From: an uncultured Flavobacteriaceae bacterium
GTDB lineage: Bacteria > Bacteroidota > Bacteroidia > Flavobacteriales > Flavobacteriaceae
Assembly (NCBI GenBank): GCA_913020075.1
Contig: CAJWAE010000001.1
Coordinates: 1,425 to 65,424 of the forward strand
Direction: 5' to 3'
Length of the DNA: 64,000 nt
The position numbers were made by a program, and so were the translations under genes. Below the pieces are notes generated by a model. The model was not told the DNA's origin, did not search any database, and saw nothing but the letters and a program-made list of their open reading frames with translations. How positions within the stretch are numbered: position 1 is the first letter of the stretch; each line of letters opens with the position of its first letter. Below are positions 20,077 through 28,849 of this stretch, piece after piece.

Positions 20077-20421
20077 TTAAATAAAAATAAATTTTGGTGG
20101 ACCTCTAGAACTTATATAAAAAATTGTTTTTGAGAAAAATGAAACTTTATATGTTACTTCATTTAAGGAAACTATTTTATTAAATTCATTACTAATCAAA
20201 TCAACAAAATGATTCGCAATTGGCTGAAAAAATAAGTCTAAAGTATCATTATGAGAACTTGATTCGTGAAAATGAACCTTAGCATGTTTACATGTATCTT
20301 CACTTGTGTGATATTGAAAAGAATGGTCAAGCTTAAGCCCCAAAGGCACTATAAATGCCAAGACTAAAGCTATTGAGAGTAGCTTTGCTTTTAATGAATA
20401 TATTTTATTATTCAAATACAA
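20077..20421 (-). CDS. Small His-rich membrane-anchored protein of unknown function (first gene of the receptor operon)
   Basis: N-terminal TM LLSIALVLAFIVPLGL, then DHSFQYHTSEDTCKHAKVHFHESSSHND, and C-terminal RGPP. Confidence 0.5.
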   Translation of the reverse strand: MYLNNKIYSLKAKLLSIALVLAFIVPLGLKLDHSFQYHTSEDTCKHAKVHFHESSSHNDTLDLFFQPIANHFVDLISNEFNKIVSLNEVTYKVSFFSKTIFYISSRGPPKFIFI

Positions 20422-20473
20422 TTTAGAGCCTTTTAATTTTTTTTACGAAATCAGACTAGGATTACCCTAAAAA

Positions 20474-20481
20474 CAAAGATA
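20474..20481 (-). promoter_or_regulatory. -7 box TATCTTTG (minus strand) upstream of the 20421 operon
   Basis: Forward caaagata is TATCTTTG on the minus strand, about 50 nt upstream of ATG 20421. Confidence 0.4.
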
Positions 20482-20551
20482 TCCATCTTTATTTTTTTTC
20501 AAAACCTGAATTATTAGCTAATTTACTTTTTTAAATTAATATATCCCAATT

Positions 20552-21080
20552 TTACCTTAGAAGTGAAAATCGATTGATTTCCATTCTGCTATGAGCTACT
20601 GTTCCTTTATTAATCCTATAATTAATTGTGATCTGATACCTATTCCAATCACCCGCTGGCTTTGTCATCAAATGGTCGGATGTAACCATATCATAAAGAG
20701 ATCTTGTTAAGCAAGGAGCATCAATTCTTGAATCTTCAATAACTCCCCACATAAAACCGCTATTAGAATTAGGTGAGAGTTTCCAATCAAATTGAATTTC
20801 AAAATTGGTGTATTTTTCATCTGAAATTAAAGTTTTATTCTCGTCCCCTTTTGCATTAGTGGAATCATAGGTAAAAATTTCTTTTTCTGAGGACCTATCT
20901 ATTTTTCACAATTTTCATTTTGATAAATATGCCAACTCTCAGCGGGGTATTCAATAGCAATCAGAATAATTCATTCTGATTTTTTTACTGATAAATTTTT
21001 AACGAATTCTATAGAATCTTTTTTAGGAAAATTTTGACAACTCAAAAAAAAATTGCCGAAAATTTAATTAATGATTTTAT
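20552..21080 (-). pseudogene. Decayed DUF1080 (3-keto-disaccharide hydrolase-like) lipoprotein gene
   Basis: My minus-strand translation needs four frames. They read IKSLIKFSAIFF (ATA where ATG is expected), LSCQNFPKKDSIEFVKNLSVKKSE*, IILIAIEYPAESWHIYQNENCEK*, and SEKEIFTYDS...LISDEKYTNFEIQFDWKLSPNSNSGFMWGV...AGDWNRYQITIN...*. The track shows only the last 66 codons. Confidence 0.55.
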
Positions 21081-21156
21081 TGGATTTTAAATTTACATAC
21101 ACATAATAAAGATTACATAAACCATAAAAGACGATGTTTTATTGCTGTAAATTTCT

Positions 21157-21813
21157 TCAAAATTCCATTTCAGGGACTTTATTCTGAATAATCAGCTTTC
21201 CTTTTGTTGCATTTTGAATTTCTTCTATACTTACATTTGGAGCCCTTTCCACAAGTAAAAATCCATCTTTAATTATATCAATAACAGCCAAATCTGTGAT
21301 AATTCTTTTTACACACCCTAAACCTGTTAGTGGGAGACTGCATTTATCAAGTAATTTTGACACTCCCGATCGATTTGTATGCATCATTGCTACAATAATA
21401 TTTTCTGCTGAAGCGACTAAATCCATTGCACCTCCCATACCTTTGACTAATTTACCTGGAATTTTCCAATTAGCAATGTCTCCCTTTTCAGATACCTCCA
21501 TCGCCCCTAGAACAGTAAGATCAACATGTCTACCTCTTATCATTCCGAAACTCATTGCTGAATCAAAAAAACTTGCTCCTGGTAGGCTGGTGATAGTTTG
21601 CTTTCCAGCGTTAATGAGATCTGCATCTTCTTCCCCTTTCTCAGGAAAAGGTCCCATCCCTAAGATTCCATTTTCACTTTGAAATTCAACTTTAATGCCT
21701 TGAGGCACATAATTAGCAACTAAAGTCGGAATTCCAATTCCTAAATTGACATAACATCCATCTTGAAGTTCTTTAGCTATACGTTTTGCAATACCATTTT
21801 TATCAAGAGCCAT
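21157..21813 (-). CDS. 3-oxoacid CoA-transferase subunit B
   Basis: IAKRIAKELQDGCYVNLGIGIPTLV, and SENGILGMG with the catalytic Glu context. Confidence 0.9.
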   Translation of the reverse strand: MALDKNGIAKRIAKELQDGCYVNLGIGIPTLVANYVPQGIKVEFQSENGILGMGPFPEKGEEDADLINAGKQTITSLPGASFFDSAMSFGMIRGRHVDLTVLGAMEVSEKGDIANWKIPGKLVKGMGGAMDLVASAENIIVAMMHTNRSGVSKLLDKCSLPLTGLGCVKRIITDLAVIDIIKDGFLLVERAPNVSIEEIQNATKGKLIIQNKVPEMEF

Positions 21814-22511
21814 TATATTTTTTTTAGAGTCAATTGTTCAATACGTTTTTCATAAAGATTTCCTCTAAATATTCTATCTACTAAAATTCCTGGGATATGG
21901 ATTTGGTTTGGATCAAGTCCTCCTATGGGGAGAAGTTCTTCAACTTCAGCAACTGTGATTGTTGCAGCACCACACATCAAAGGGTTAAAATTTCGAGCTG
22001 TTCCTTTAAAAATTAAATTTCCAGCCTCATCTCCTTTCCAGGCCTTCACGAAAGCAAAATCTGCTTGATATGCTTCCTCCATCACATAATTTTTTCCATT
22101 AAAAACTCTAGTTTCTTTACCTTCTGCAACTTCAGTTCCATAACCTGCAGGTGTAAAAAAAGCAGGAATCCCAGTCTGGGCTGCTCTACATTTTTCAGCT
22201 AAAGTGCCCTGAGGAGTTAATTCAACTTCCAATTCACCTGACAACATCTGCCTTTCAAACTCAGCGTTTTCTCCTACATAGGAAGCAATCATTTTTTTTA
22301 TCTGTTTGTTTTGAAGAAGTTTTCCTAAACCAAAATCATCTATTCCGGCATTATTAGAAATACATATAAGTTCTGATATATCTAAACTTACTAATTTTTC
22401 AATAGCGTTTTCAGGAATTCCACACAAACCAAACCCTCCTAACATAAAGGTCATTCCATCTTGGACTCCTTCTAGAGCTTGAGAAACGGAGTTAACTTTT
22501 TTGTTAATCAT
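21813..22511 (-). CDS. 3-oxoacid CoA-transferase subunit A
   Basis: [20 protein letters not shown] and [28 protein letters not shown]. Confidence 0.9.
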   Translation of the reverse strand: MINKKVNSVSQALEGVQDGMTFMLGGFGLCGIPENAIEKLVSLDISELICISNNAGIDDFGLGKLLQNKQIKKMIASYVGENAEFERQMLSGELEVELTPQGTLAEKCRAAQTGIPAFFTPAGYGTEVAEGKETRVFNGKNYVMEEAYQADFAFVKAWKGDEAGNLIFKGTARNFNPLMCGAATITVAEVEELLPIGGLDPNQIHIPGILVDRIFRGNLYEKRIEQLTLKKI

Positions 22512-22526
22512 TTGGATATAATTTTA

Positions 22527-23480
22527 TTATTGTTGGAGGGCTTTCAATTTTTCAATTAATTTAGGAACAACCTCAAAAGCATCACCTACAATACCATAGT
22601 CTGCTGCTTTGAAAAACGGTGCTTCTGGATCATTGTTTATAACAACTTTTATTTTAGAAGAATTAATCCCTGCTAGATGTTGAATTGCTCCCGAAATTCC
22701 AATAGCAAAATATAAATTTGTTGCTACGGGTTTACCTGTTTGACCCACATGTTCGCTATGTGGACGCCATCCCATGTCAGAAACAGGCTTAGAGCAAGCT
22801 GTAGCTGCTCCTAAGACTTCAGCAAGATCTTCTATGAGATGCCAGTTTTCTGGTCCTTTAAGACCTCTGCCTCCAGAAATAACAATATCAGCATCAGCTA
22901 TGGTCACTTTATCGATTACTTTATCAACAGATGTAACTTTTAGGCTAGAACTAGCTTCACTAAATTTTTGTTCAAAAACTTCGGGACTACTTGCTTTTTC
23001 ATGGACTCCAAAAGCATTTGAACTTAAAGATAAAACCGTTTTTGATTTTTTACTTTCTGTTTCATTGAAAGCTTTATTAGTAAAACAAGAACGTTTAACA
23101 ATAATTGGATTGAAGGAACTAGGCAGTGCTACCACGTTGGACATGTAAGCAGCTTTTAATTTTGTTGCCAAAATAGGAGCCAAATAACGACCATCTGCTG
23201 AAGCACTAACGATTATAATATTTGCACCTTCTCTCTCTACAACATTTGCTAGTGTGCTACTATATTGATCAACATTAAAAAATTTGTTATTACTCGTATT
23301 TACAGAATAAATTTTATCTACTCCGTGAGAATTTAAAATTACAGTATCTTCAGGATTAAAGACAACAGCTACAAGCGAATCTCCATTTAAATCTGCAATA
23401 GCTCTTCCATAAGAAGTGACTTCTAGACCCGACTTTTTTATTACTCCATTTTGAGATTCTATAAAAACAACAATTGACAT
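22527..23480 (-). CDS. etfA: Electron transfer flavoprotein subunit alpha
   Basis: FAD-binding C-domain: ISGGRGLKG, QVGQTGKPVATNLYFAIGISGAIQHLAG. Confidence 0.9.
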   Translation of the reverse strand: MSIVVFIESQNGVIKKSGLEVTSYGRAIADLNGDSLVAVVFNPEDTVILNSHGVDKIYSVNTSNNKFFNVDQYSSTLANVVEREGANIIIVSASADGRYLAPILATKLKAAYMSNVVALPSSFNPIIVKRSCFTNKAFNETESKKSKTVLSLSSNAFGVHEKASSPEVFEQKFSEASSSLKVTSVDKVIDKVTIADADIVISGGRGLKGPENWHLIEDLAEVLGAATACSKPVSDMGWRPHSEHVGQTGKPVATNLYFAIGISGAIQHLAGINSSKIKVVINNDPEAPFFKAADYGIVGDAFEVVPKLIEKLKALQQ

Positions 23481-23492
23481 ATTTTATATTAT

Positions 23493-24239
23493 TTAAAGCA
23501 CTTTTGCTTCGTTTTGTAATAAATCTATTAAGGCATCTATGTCCCCAGCATCAACTAATTTGACCGGCCCTTTGGCAGGAGGCTTTTCAAAAATATTAAC
23601 TTTAGAAGTGTTTTCATCACTAAATGCAGAAAGAACCTCTAATGGTTTTTGACGTGCTTGCATTATTCCTCTCATATTTGGAATAATCAAATCAGATTCT
23701 TCAACAAGACCCTTCTGAGCTCCAATAACCATTGGCAAAATTCCTGATAAGATTTCCTTTCCACCATCAATTTCTCTTTGTAAAGTTGCAACATTACCTT
23801 CCAGTTCCATCTGGATGCAATTAGCTAGGTATGGTAAGTCTAGGAGAGTCGCAAGTATTCCACCTACCATACCACCGTTATAATCAATCGATTCTCTACC
23901 TGTAATAATTAAGTCGTAAGGAGTGTTTTTGTATAAAGCTGATAGTTGAGATGCCACAAAGTAACCGTCTTGAGGAACTACATCAATCCTAATAGCCTTA
24001 TCAGCTCCTATTGCTAAACATTTTCTTAGAATAGGTTCACAACTAATATCTCCCACTGTAACAACAGTAACTTTTGCTCCTGATTTTTGTTGCAACCAAA
24101 TTGCACGAGTTAATCCAAATTCATCATTTGGATTTATTATAAATTGAACACCATTAGAATCAAAAGATTTATTTTCATCTTTAAAATTTATTTTTGATGT
24201 GGTATCTGGCACATTACTGATACAGACTAAAATATTCAT
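23493..24239 (-). CDS. etfB: Electron transfer flavoprotein subunit beta
   Basis: MNILVCISNVPDTTSKINF..., NPNDEFGLTRAI, DLIITGRESIDYNGG. Confidence 0.9.
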   Translation of the reverse strand: MNILVCISNVPDTTSKINFKDENKSFDSNGVQFIINPNDEFGLTRAIWLQQKSGAKVTVVTVGDISCEPILRKCLAIGADKAIRIDVVPQDGYFVASQLSALYKNTPYDLIITGRESIDYNGGMVGGILATLLDLPYLANCIQMELEGNVATLQREIDGGKEILSGILPMVIGAQKGLVEESDLIIPNMRGIMQARQKPLEVLSAFSDENTSKVNIFEKPPAKGPVKLVDAGDIDALIDLLQNEAKVL

Positions 24240-24265
24240 AAATCAGATTTTAAGACGAAACTAAT

Positions 24266-24295
24266 AAAAAAAATGACACAGTGTCATTTTTTTTT
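24266..24295. terminator. A-tract / hairpin / T-tract (bidirectional intrinsic terminator candidate) between the FGE gene and etfB
   Basis: The sequence aaaaaaaatgacac-a-gtgtcattttttttt is palindromic. It lies just downstream of the FGE stop (24306) on the minus strand. Confidence 0.5.
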
Positions 24296-24305
24296 AAAAA
24301 CATAT

Positions 24306-25349
24306 TTATTCAGTCTTTAACTTTATCGATTTAACAAGGCGAAAGCCTGTATGTTGCAAACCTGTGTCGGGAGAAGATTTCATCCGTGACGCTACTCTGT
24401 ATCCTGCACAATAGCTGTCATTACAAAGAAAAGATCCTCCACGCATTACTTTTTGTTTTGTATAAGGTAAATATGGATCATATGCTTTTTTTGGTCCTTT
24501 AGGATTTTTAGTCAATGTATTTGAAAGAGATTCATAGTACGAATAATCATACCAATCAGAACACCATTCCCAAACATTTCCAGACATATCATATAGACCA
24601 TATTTGTTTGCTTCAAATGAAGCGACAGGAGCGGTATAAAAAAATTGATCCCTCATTTGATTTTCATAAGGAAATGCTCCCTCCCAAGAATTAGTCTTTA
24701 CCTCCCCATTATTTAGCAGCTCATCTCCCCATGGATAGAGAGCTTGTTCTTCACCTCCTCGAGCTGCCCATTCCCATTCGGCTTCAGTGGGCAATCTCTT
24801 ACCTGACCATTGAGCATATGCCTGAGCATCATACCAAGAAATATGAACAACAGGGTGACTTTCTTTTCCATTGATAGTACTTTGAGGTCCTTTAGGTGAG
24901 CGCCAATTAGTGTTAGATTTCCAATTCCACCATACTCCATAATCATCAGGATTTACAGGACCTTTTGTAGGCATGAAAACTAAGGAACCTGCTTTTAGAA
25001 GAGAATCATCTGGCTTTGGTGTTCCCGGAGGTAAATCTTTTTTTAATTCACTCCAATTAAGCTTAATTTCAGCAGTAGTAACATACCCTGTAGCTTTAAT
25101 AAAAAGAGAAAATTCTTTATTCGTAACCTCGGTTTGATCCATCCAAAAAGAATCTATTGAAACCTCATGAATTGGAAACTCATCTTTTCTGGATTGATTA
25201 TCATTACTTCCCATTTTAAAATTTCCAGAGGGAATTAATACCATTCCATCTTTAAAAACTATTTGCCCATTTGTTTTTTTTTTGTCAGTGCATTTTATGA
25301 AAATAATAATAATAGAAGTAAAAAAAAGTTTTGTAAAATTCATTCTCAT
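24306..25349 (-). CDS. Formylglycine-generating enzyme (SUMF1/FGE) family protein, exported
   Basis: Signal peptide, then FWMDQTEVTNKEF, RLPTEAEWEWAARGG, GNVWEWCSDWY and RGGSFLC...GFRLV. Confidence 0.85.
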   Translation of the reverse strand: MRMNFTKLFFTSIIIIFIKCTDKKKTNGQIVFKDGMVLIPSGNFKMGSNDNQSRKDEFPIHEVSIDSFWMDQTEVTNKEFSLFIKATGYVTTAEIKLNWSELKKDLPPGTPKPDDSLLKAGSLVFMPTKGPVNPDDYGVWWNWKSNTNWRSPKGPQSTINGKESHPVVHISWYDAQAYAQWSGKRLPTEAEWEWAARGGEEQALYPWGDELLNNGEVKTNSWEGAFPYENQMRDQFFYTAPVASFEANKYGLYDMSGNVWEWCSDWYDYSYYESLSNTLTKNPKGPKKAYDPYLPYTKQKVMRGGSFLCNDSYCAGYRVASRMKSSPDTGLQHTGFRLVKSIKLKTE

Positions 25350-25517
25350 CTAGATATATTGATTTATTATGTTTTCGTAAAGCTTCTGCTTGCCGCTAAG
25401 ATGTTTCGGTGTTTCTGTCTCAGGCTCTGAAACGTTATCTATTTTTTAGTTTGTTTTGTCATCAACTAATGCTAATTTTATAGAAGAACTCCCAACATCA
25501 TAACCTATGTAATACAT
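25350..25517 (-). pseudogene. 5' remnant of an FGGY-family carbohydrate kinase (xylulokinase-like) gene
   Basis: My translation is MYYIGYDVGSSSIKLALVDDKTN*KIDNVSEPETETPKHLSGKQKLYENIINQYI*. The N-terminus matches the FGGY phosphate-1 motif (GxDxGSSSxK). There is an in-frame TAA, and the fragment ends in a TAG that directly abuts the FGE ATG. Confidence 0.5.
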
Positions 25518-25573
25518 TTATATTTAATTTAAAAAACATGAGTCCCTGAATCAAAGTAAAATTATAATCATTT

Positions 25574-25581
25574 ACAAAAAT
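25574..25581 (-). promoter_or_regulatory. -7 box TATTTTTG (minus strand) upstream of the FGGY remnant and FGE gene
   Basis: Forward caaaaata, about 55 nt upstream of the remnant ATG at 25517. Confidence 0.35.
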
Positions 25582-25615
25582 AAAAAAATATAACTTCATT
25601 ATTTTAAAAATAGAA

Positions 25616-26665
25616 ATGAAAAACAAAAAGCACATCTTGTCTCGGAGATCTTTTTTTGGAAATACGGCAGCTCTTGCTGTTGGATTTGCTATAACTGGTC
25701 CAAAAGTTTGGGGAGCACCTGCTTATATTCCAAATTTATTGAAACTCAATTCAAAAATTAATGGCGTTCAACTTGGAGTAATAACTTATTCCTTTAGAGA
25801 GTTAGAAGATCAAAGTGCAGAAGCAACCCTTCAGTATGTTTTAGACTGTGGAGTCAATGCTATTGAATTGATGGGAGGAACTGCTGAATCTTTTATTGGC
25901 CGACCTGAAAATAAGATGGATCGTAGAAAATATTATAGTCTCCTAAGAAAAGAAAGAAATAAAGATTTGAAAAGAGATGGGAAAAAAGAATTAGCTGATT
26001 TAAAACTTCAAAAAGAATCCTATGAAAAGGAACTAGAGGAATGGAGCAAGAATCGATCACTAGACGGATTCATTAAGCTTCGTGAAATGTATAACGCTGC
26101 TGGAGTGGAAATTTATGCCTTTAAACCTGATTATTTATTAACATCTAAAAATTCGGATGCCAATATTAATTATGCAATGCAAGCTGGAAAACTACTTGGC
26201 GCCTCTCATGTAACAATTGAACTTCCTAGAAAAAGTGAACATTCGCTTAAACTGGGAAAAATGGGACAAAAAAATGGAATTAAGGTAGCTTATCATGGCC
26301 ACGAGAAACAACATTCAAAATGGTGGGATGTCGCTTTAAAGCAATCAACTTATAACGCTATGAATCTAGATATAGGGCATTATATAGCCGCTGGAAACAA
26401 AGATGTTTTGGAATTATTAAAAAATAAAAATCAACATATTTTAAGTATGCATGTGAAAGATCGTCAAAATCTTACAAACGGCAAAAGCAATATGCCTTTT
26501 GGTATGGGAGATACTCCAATAAAAGAAGTGTTAAAATTAATGCGTGATCAAAAATATCAATTTTCGGCAACAGTAGAATACGAATATAAAACTCCTGAAG
26601 CTTCTTCAGTTATTCAAGAAATCAAAAAGAGTATTGAGTATTGTAAAAATGCTTTAGAATCATAA
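25616..26665 (+). CDS. Tat-exported xylose isomerase-like TIM-barrel protein (sugar phosphate isomerase/epimerase family)
   Basis: Tat signal SRRSFFGNTAALAVG, then TIELPR, HGHE, DIGHY and HVKD metal/active-site style motifs. A charged coiled insertion lies at about residues 100-150. Confidence 0.75.
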   Translation: MKNKKHILSRRSFFGNTAALAVGFAITGPKVWGAPAYIPNLLKLNSKINGVQLGVITYSFRELEDQSAEATLQYVLDCGVNAIELMGGTAESFIGRPENKMDRRKYYSLLRKERNKDLKRDGKKELADLKLQKESYEKELEEWSKNRSLDGFIKLREMYNAAGVEIYAFKPDYLLTSKNSDANINYAMQAGKLLGASHVTIELPRKSEHSLKLGKMGQKNGIKVAYHGHEKQHSKWWDVALKQSTYNAMNLDIGHYIAAGNKDVLELLKNKNQHILSMHVKDRQNLTNGKSNMPFGMGDTPIKEVLKLMRDQKYQFSATVEYEYKTPEASSVIQEIKKSIEYCKNALES

Positions 26666-26716
26666 ATTTAGATTCCTAAATTTAAAAATCAGTACCTTCG
26701 TATCGAATTAATTGAT

Positions 26717-27307
26717 ATGAAGGTGTTTTTTTTTCTAAACAATTCTCTTTCCATAAAATCAAGTATTGCTGCTGTTTTTATGATTTTTAATTTTTCTTTT
26801 ATCATGGCACAAAATGAAACTCAGTATTATAAAGTAATCCAAAATATTTTAGATATTGAAATTAGATACTACCCTCCCGTAATGAAAGTGAAGACAGTTA
26901 AAAAAGGGGGATTTTCTTCATTATTTGGCTATATATCAGGGAGTAATTCAAAACAACAAAAAATTGCAATGACTACTCCTGTTATAATCAATAATTATGA
27001 GGGAAAGGGTATCATGGAATTTGTACTTCCTAAAGATTTTAATTCTCAAAACACACCCCTTCCTCTTAAAAGTAAGGTTGAAATTTACGAATCCGAATCC
27101 GGATACTATGCCGCGTTTTCTTATAGTGGTTATACTAATTTAAAAAAAGAACAATCAGTAATAAAAAAAGGAAAGATTTTATTAGAAAAAAAGAAAATCA
27201 TTTATAAAAACCAGCCTCTTGTTCTAGTTTATAATAGTCCGTATACTTTATTCAATAGAAAAAATGAAATTCTATTTCCCATTGAATACTCAAGCAATCA
27301 AAAATAA
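26717..27307 (+). CDS. SOUL/HEBP-like heme-binding family protein, secreted
   Basis: Signal peptide, then YYKV...EIRYYPP...FSSLFGYISGSNSKQQKIAMTTPV, typical of the SOUL family. Confidence 0.65.
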   Translation: MKVFFFLNNSLSIKSSIAAVFMIFNFSFIMAQNETQYYKVIQNILDIEIRYYPPVMKVKTVKKGGFSSLFGYISGSNSKQQKIAMTTPVIINNYEGKGIMEFVLPKDFNSQNTPLPLKSKVEIYESESGYYAAFSYSGYTNLKKEQSVIKKGKILLEKKKIIYKNQPLVLVYNSPYTLFNRKNEILFPIEYSSNQK

Positions 27308-27314
27308 ATATAAA

Positions 27315-27860
27315 ATGAAAGAGATATTAGTAGTTCTTATTACAATAGCTTTTTTGGGCTGTAACCCTTCAGGAGATTCCTCCTTAAAAACCATGGCTAT
27401 TAACAATCCTAATACACAACTTAAAAAATTAGGGATAACACTACCATCTCCATCTGCACCAGTTGCGAACTATGTTAACATTGTCAGATCAGGAAATTTG
27501 TTATTCCTTTCAGGAAAAGGACCAAAAAAATTAGATGGTACATATATAAAAGGTAAATTAGGTTTGGATTTAACTATTGAACAGGGCTATGAAGCTGCTC
27601 GAATTACAGGAATTAATCAAATAGCTGTTCTTAAGGCAGAGCTTGGAGATTTAAATAAAGTAAAGAGAATTGTAAAAGTTTTAGGAATGGTTAATGCATC
27701 TGCAGACTTTCAAGACCAACCCAAAGTTATAAATGGTTTTTCAGATTTAATGGTGGAAGTTTTTGGAGATCGAGGAAAACATGCTCGATCTGCAGTTGGA
27801 ATGTGCTCATTACCATCTGGAATTGCAGTTGAAATTGAAGTAATTGTAGAAATAGAATAA
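27315..27860 (+). CDS. RidA/YjgF family lipoprotein
   Basis: ORF 27264.. trimmed to ATG 27315 (MKEILVVLITIAFLGC lipobox). C-terminus RSAVGMCSLPSGIAVEIEVIVE. Confidence 0.8.
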   Translation: MKEILVVLITIAFLGCNPSGDSSLKTMAINNPNTQLKKLGITLPSPSAPVANYVNIVRSGNLLFLSGKGPKKLDGTYIKGKLGLDLTIEQGYEAARITGINQIAVLKAELGDLNKVKRIVKVLGMVNASADFQDQPKVINGFSDLMVEVFGDRGKHARSAVGMCSLPSGIAVEIEVIVEIE

Positions 27861-27873
27861 AACTGATTTTAAT

Positions 27874-28752
27874 TTATTGAAAACCAAACCTTTTGATTCC
27901 CTCATGGCTTACCTTAATCGCTTCTAGGGGTTCCATGGAGAAAGTTTCATCTTGTTCAACCATATAGTATTTCATCCCTGATTTATCCTTTTTATTTAAT
28001 ATTTCAGCGAAATCTATAGTCCCATTTCCAACAGGTGTGAATTTACCTTCTAAATCCATATCCTTTACGTGCCAAATTTTAAAACGTCCTGGATATTTTT
28101 CAAAATAAGCTAGGGGATCCGCCTTAGCTTTTGTAACCCAATAGAGATCCATTTGAAAATTCACAAGATTTGAATCGCAATATTCTAATAAATAATCAAT
28201 GGGTACGATACCATTAGCATCTTTTACAAATTCAAAATCATGATTATGATAAAGTAATTTAAGTCCTGCATTTTTTGCCTTTTGTCCTAATTTGTTTAAA
28301 ATTTTAGCAAGATTAGCAACTCCTCCATTCATTCCCATTTGTCTTGAATAAGTATCAACTTCAAAAAGTCCCATTGGAGGTACGGGTATTACAAAATATT
28401 CAAATCCGGCTGCCTTGACATCTGACATCATTACATCTGCATTATCTAAAGTAACACTACCCTGATGCGCACTTAATGGCCTTAATTTAAAAGATTCTAA
28501 AGTGGTTTTAAATTCTTGAGGCGAAAGGTTATAAAATTTTCCTTTATTATACCCTGCTGCCTCCACATAGCTGTAACCAGCATCTGCAACTGCTTGAAGG
28601 GTTTTTTTTACATCCTTTTGCATTTCGTCTCGAAGTGTATAGAGAGCTAAACCTCCTAATCTATCTTGAGCATTAGAACAAAAACCTCCTGATATAATTA
28701 GGGCTAAGATTAGCTTTGTAGGAATTAGATTTTTAAAAAAAATTTTCATCAT
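27874..28752 (-). CDS. Sec-exported xylose isomerase-like TIM-barrel protein
   Basis: Signal peptide, then GYSYVE, LYHNHDFEF, FQMDLYW, WHVKD and YYMVEQD motifs. Confidence 0.75.
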   Translation of the reverse strand: MMKIFFKNLIPTKLILALIISGGFCSNAQDRLGGLALYTLRDEMQKDVKKTLQAVADAGYSYVEAAGYNKGKFYNLSPQEFKTTLESFKLRPLSAHQGSVTLDNADVMMSDVKAAGFEYFVIPVPPMGLFEVDTYSRQMGMNGGVANLAKILNKLGQKAKNAGLKLLYHNHDFEFVKDANGIVPIDYLLEYCDSNLVNFQMDLYWVTKAKADPLAYFEKYPGRFKIWHVKDMDLEGKFTPVGNGTIDFAEILNKKDKSGMKYYMVEQDETFSMEPLEAIKVSHEGIKRFGFQ

Positions 28753-28849
28753 TTTAATTTAATAAGAAAGATAATTATATTTTAAATACATTTATTTATT
28801 TTAGGGTATAATCAATTAAAAAAAACCGTGTAAATGAAAATATTCGCTT

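Noticed and set aside
21296-23148. Antisense ORFs of 124-128 aa inside the CoA-transferase B and etfA genes (21296..21682, 22774..23148). Similar nested ORFs occur at 6102, 7319, 7565, 10313, 10638, 11737, 15080, 16184, 18928, 24713, 29412, 31456, 32159, 32328, 35060, 36268, 38850, 41370, 42578, 42854, 48192, 49163, 52467, 54335, 55987, 56899, 57881, 58876, 59103, 61054, 62435 and 62786.
   Set aside because: All are embedded in, or opposite to, strongly supported conserved genes. They have biased low-complexity composition and no recognisable motifs.
26664-26683. AT-only hairpin aaatttag-attc-ctaaattt after the Tat TIM-barrel gene as a terminator
   Set aside because: The stem is entirely A/T apart from one G-C pair, and it is followed by an A-run rather than a T-run on the coding strand. 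That is too weak to call.
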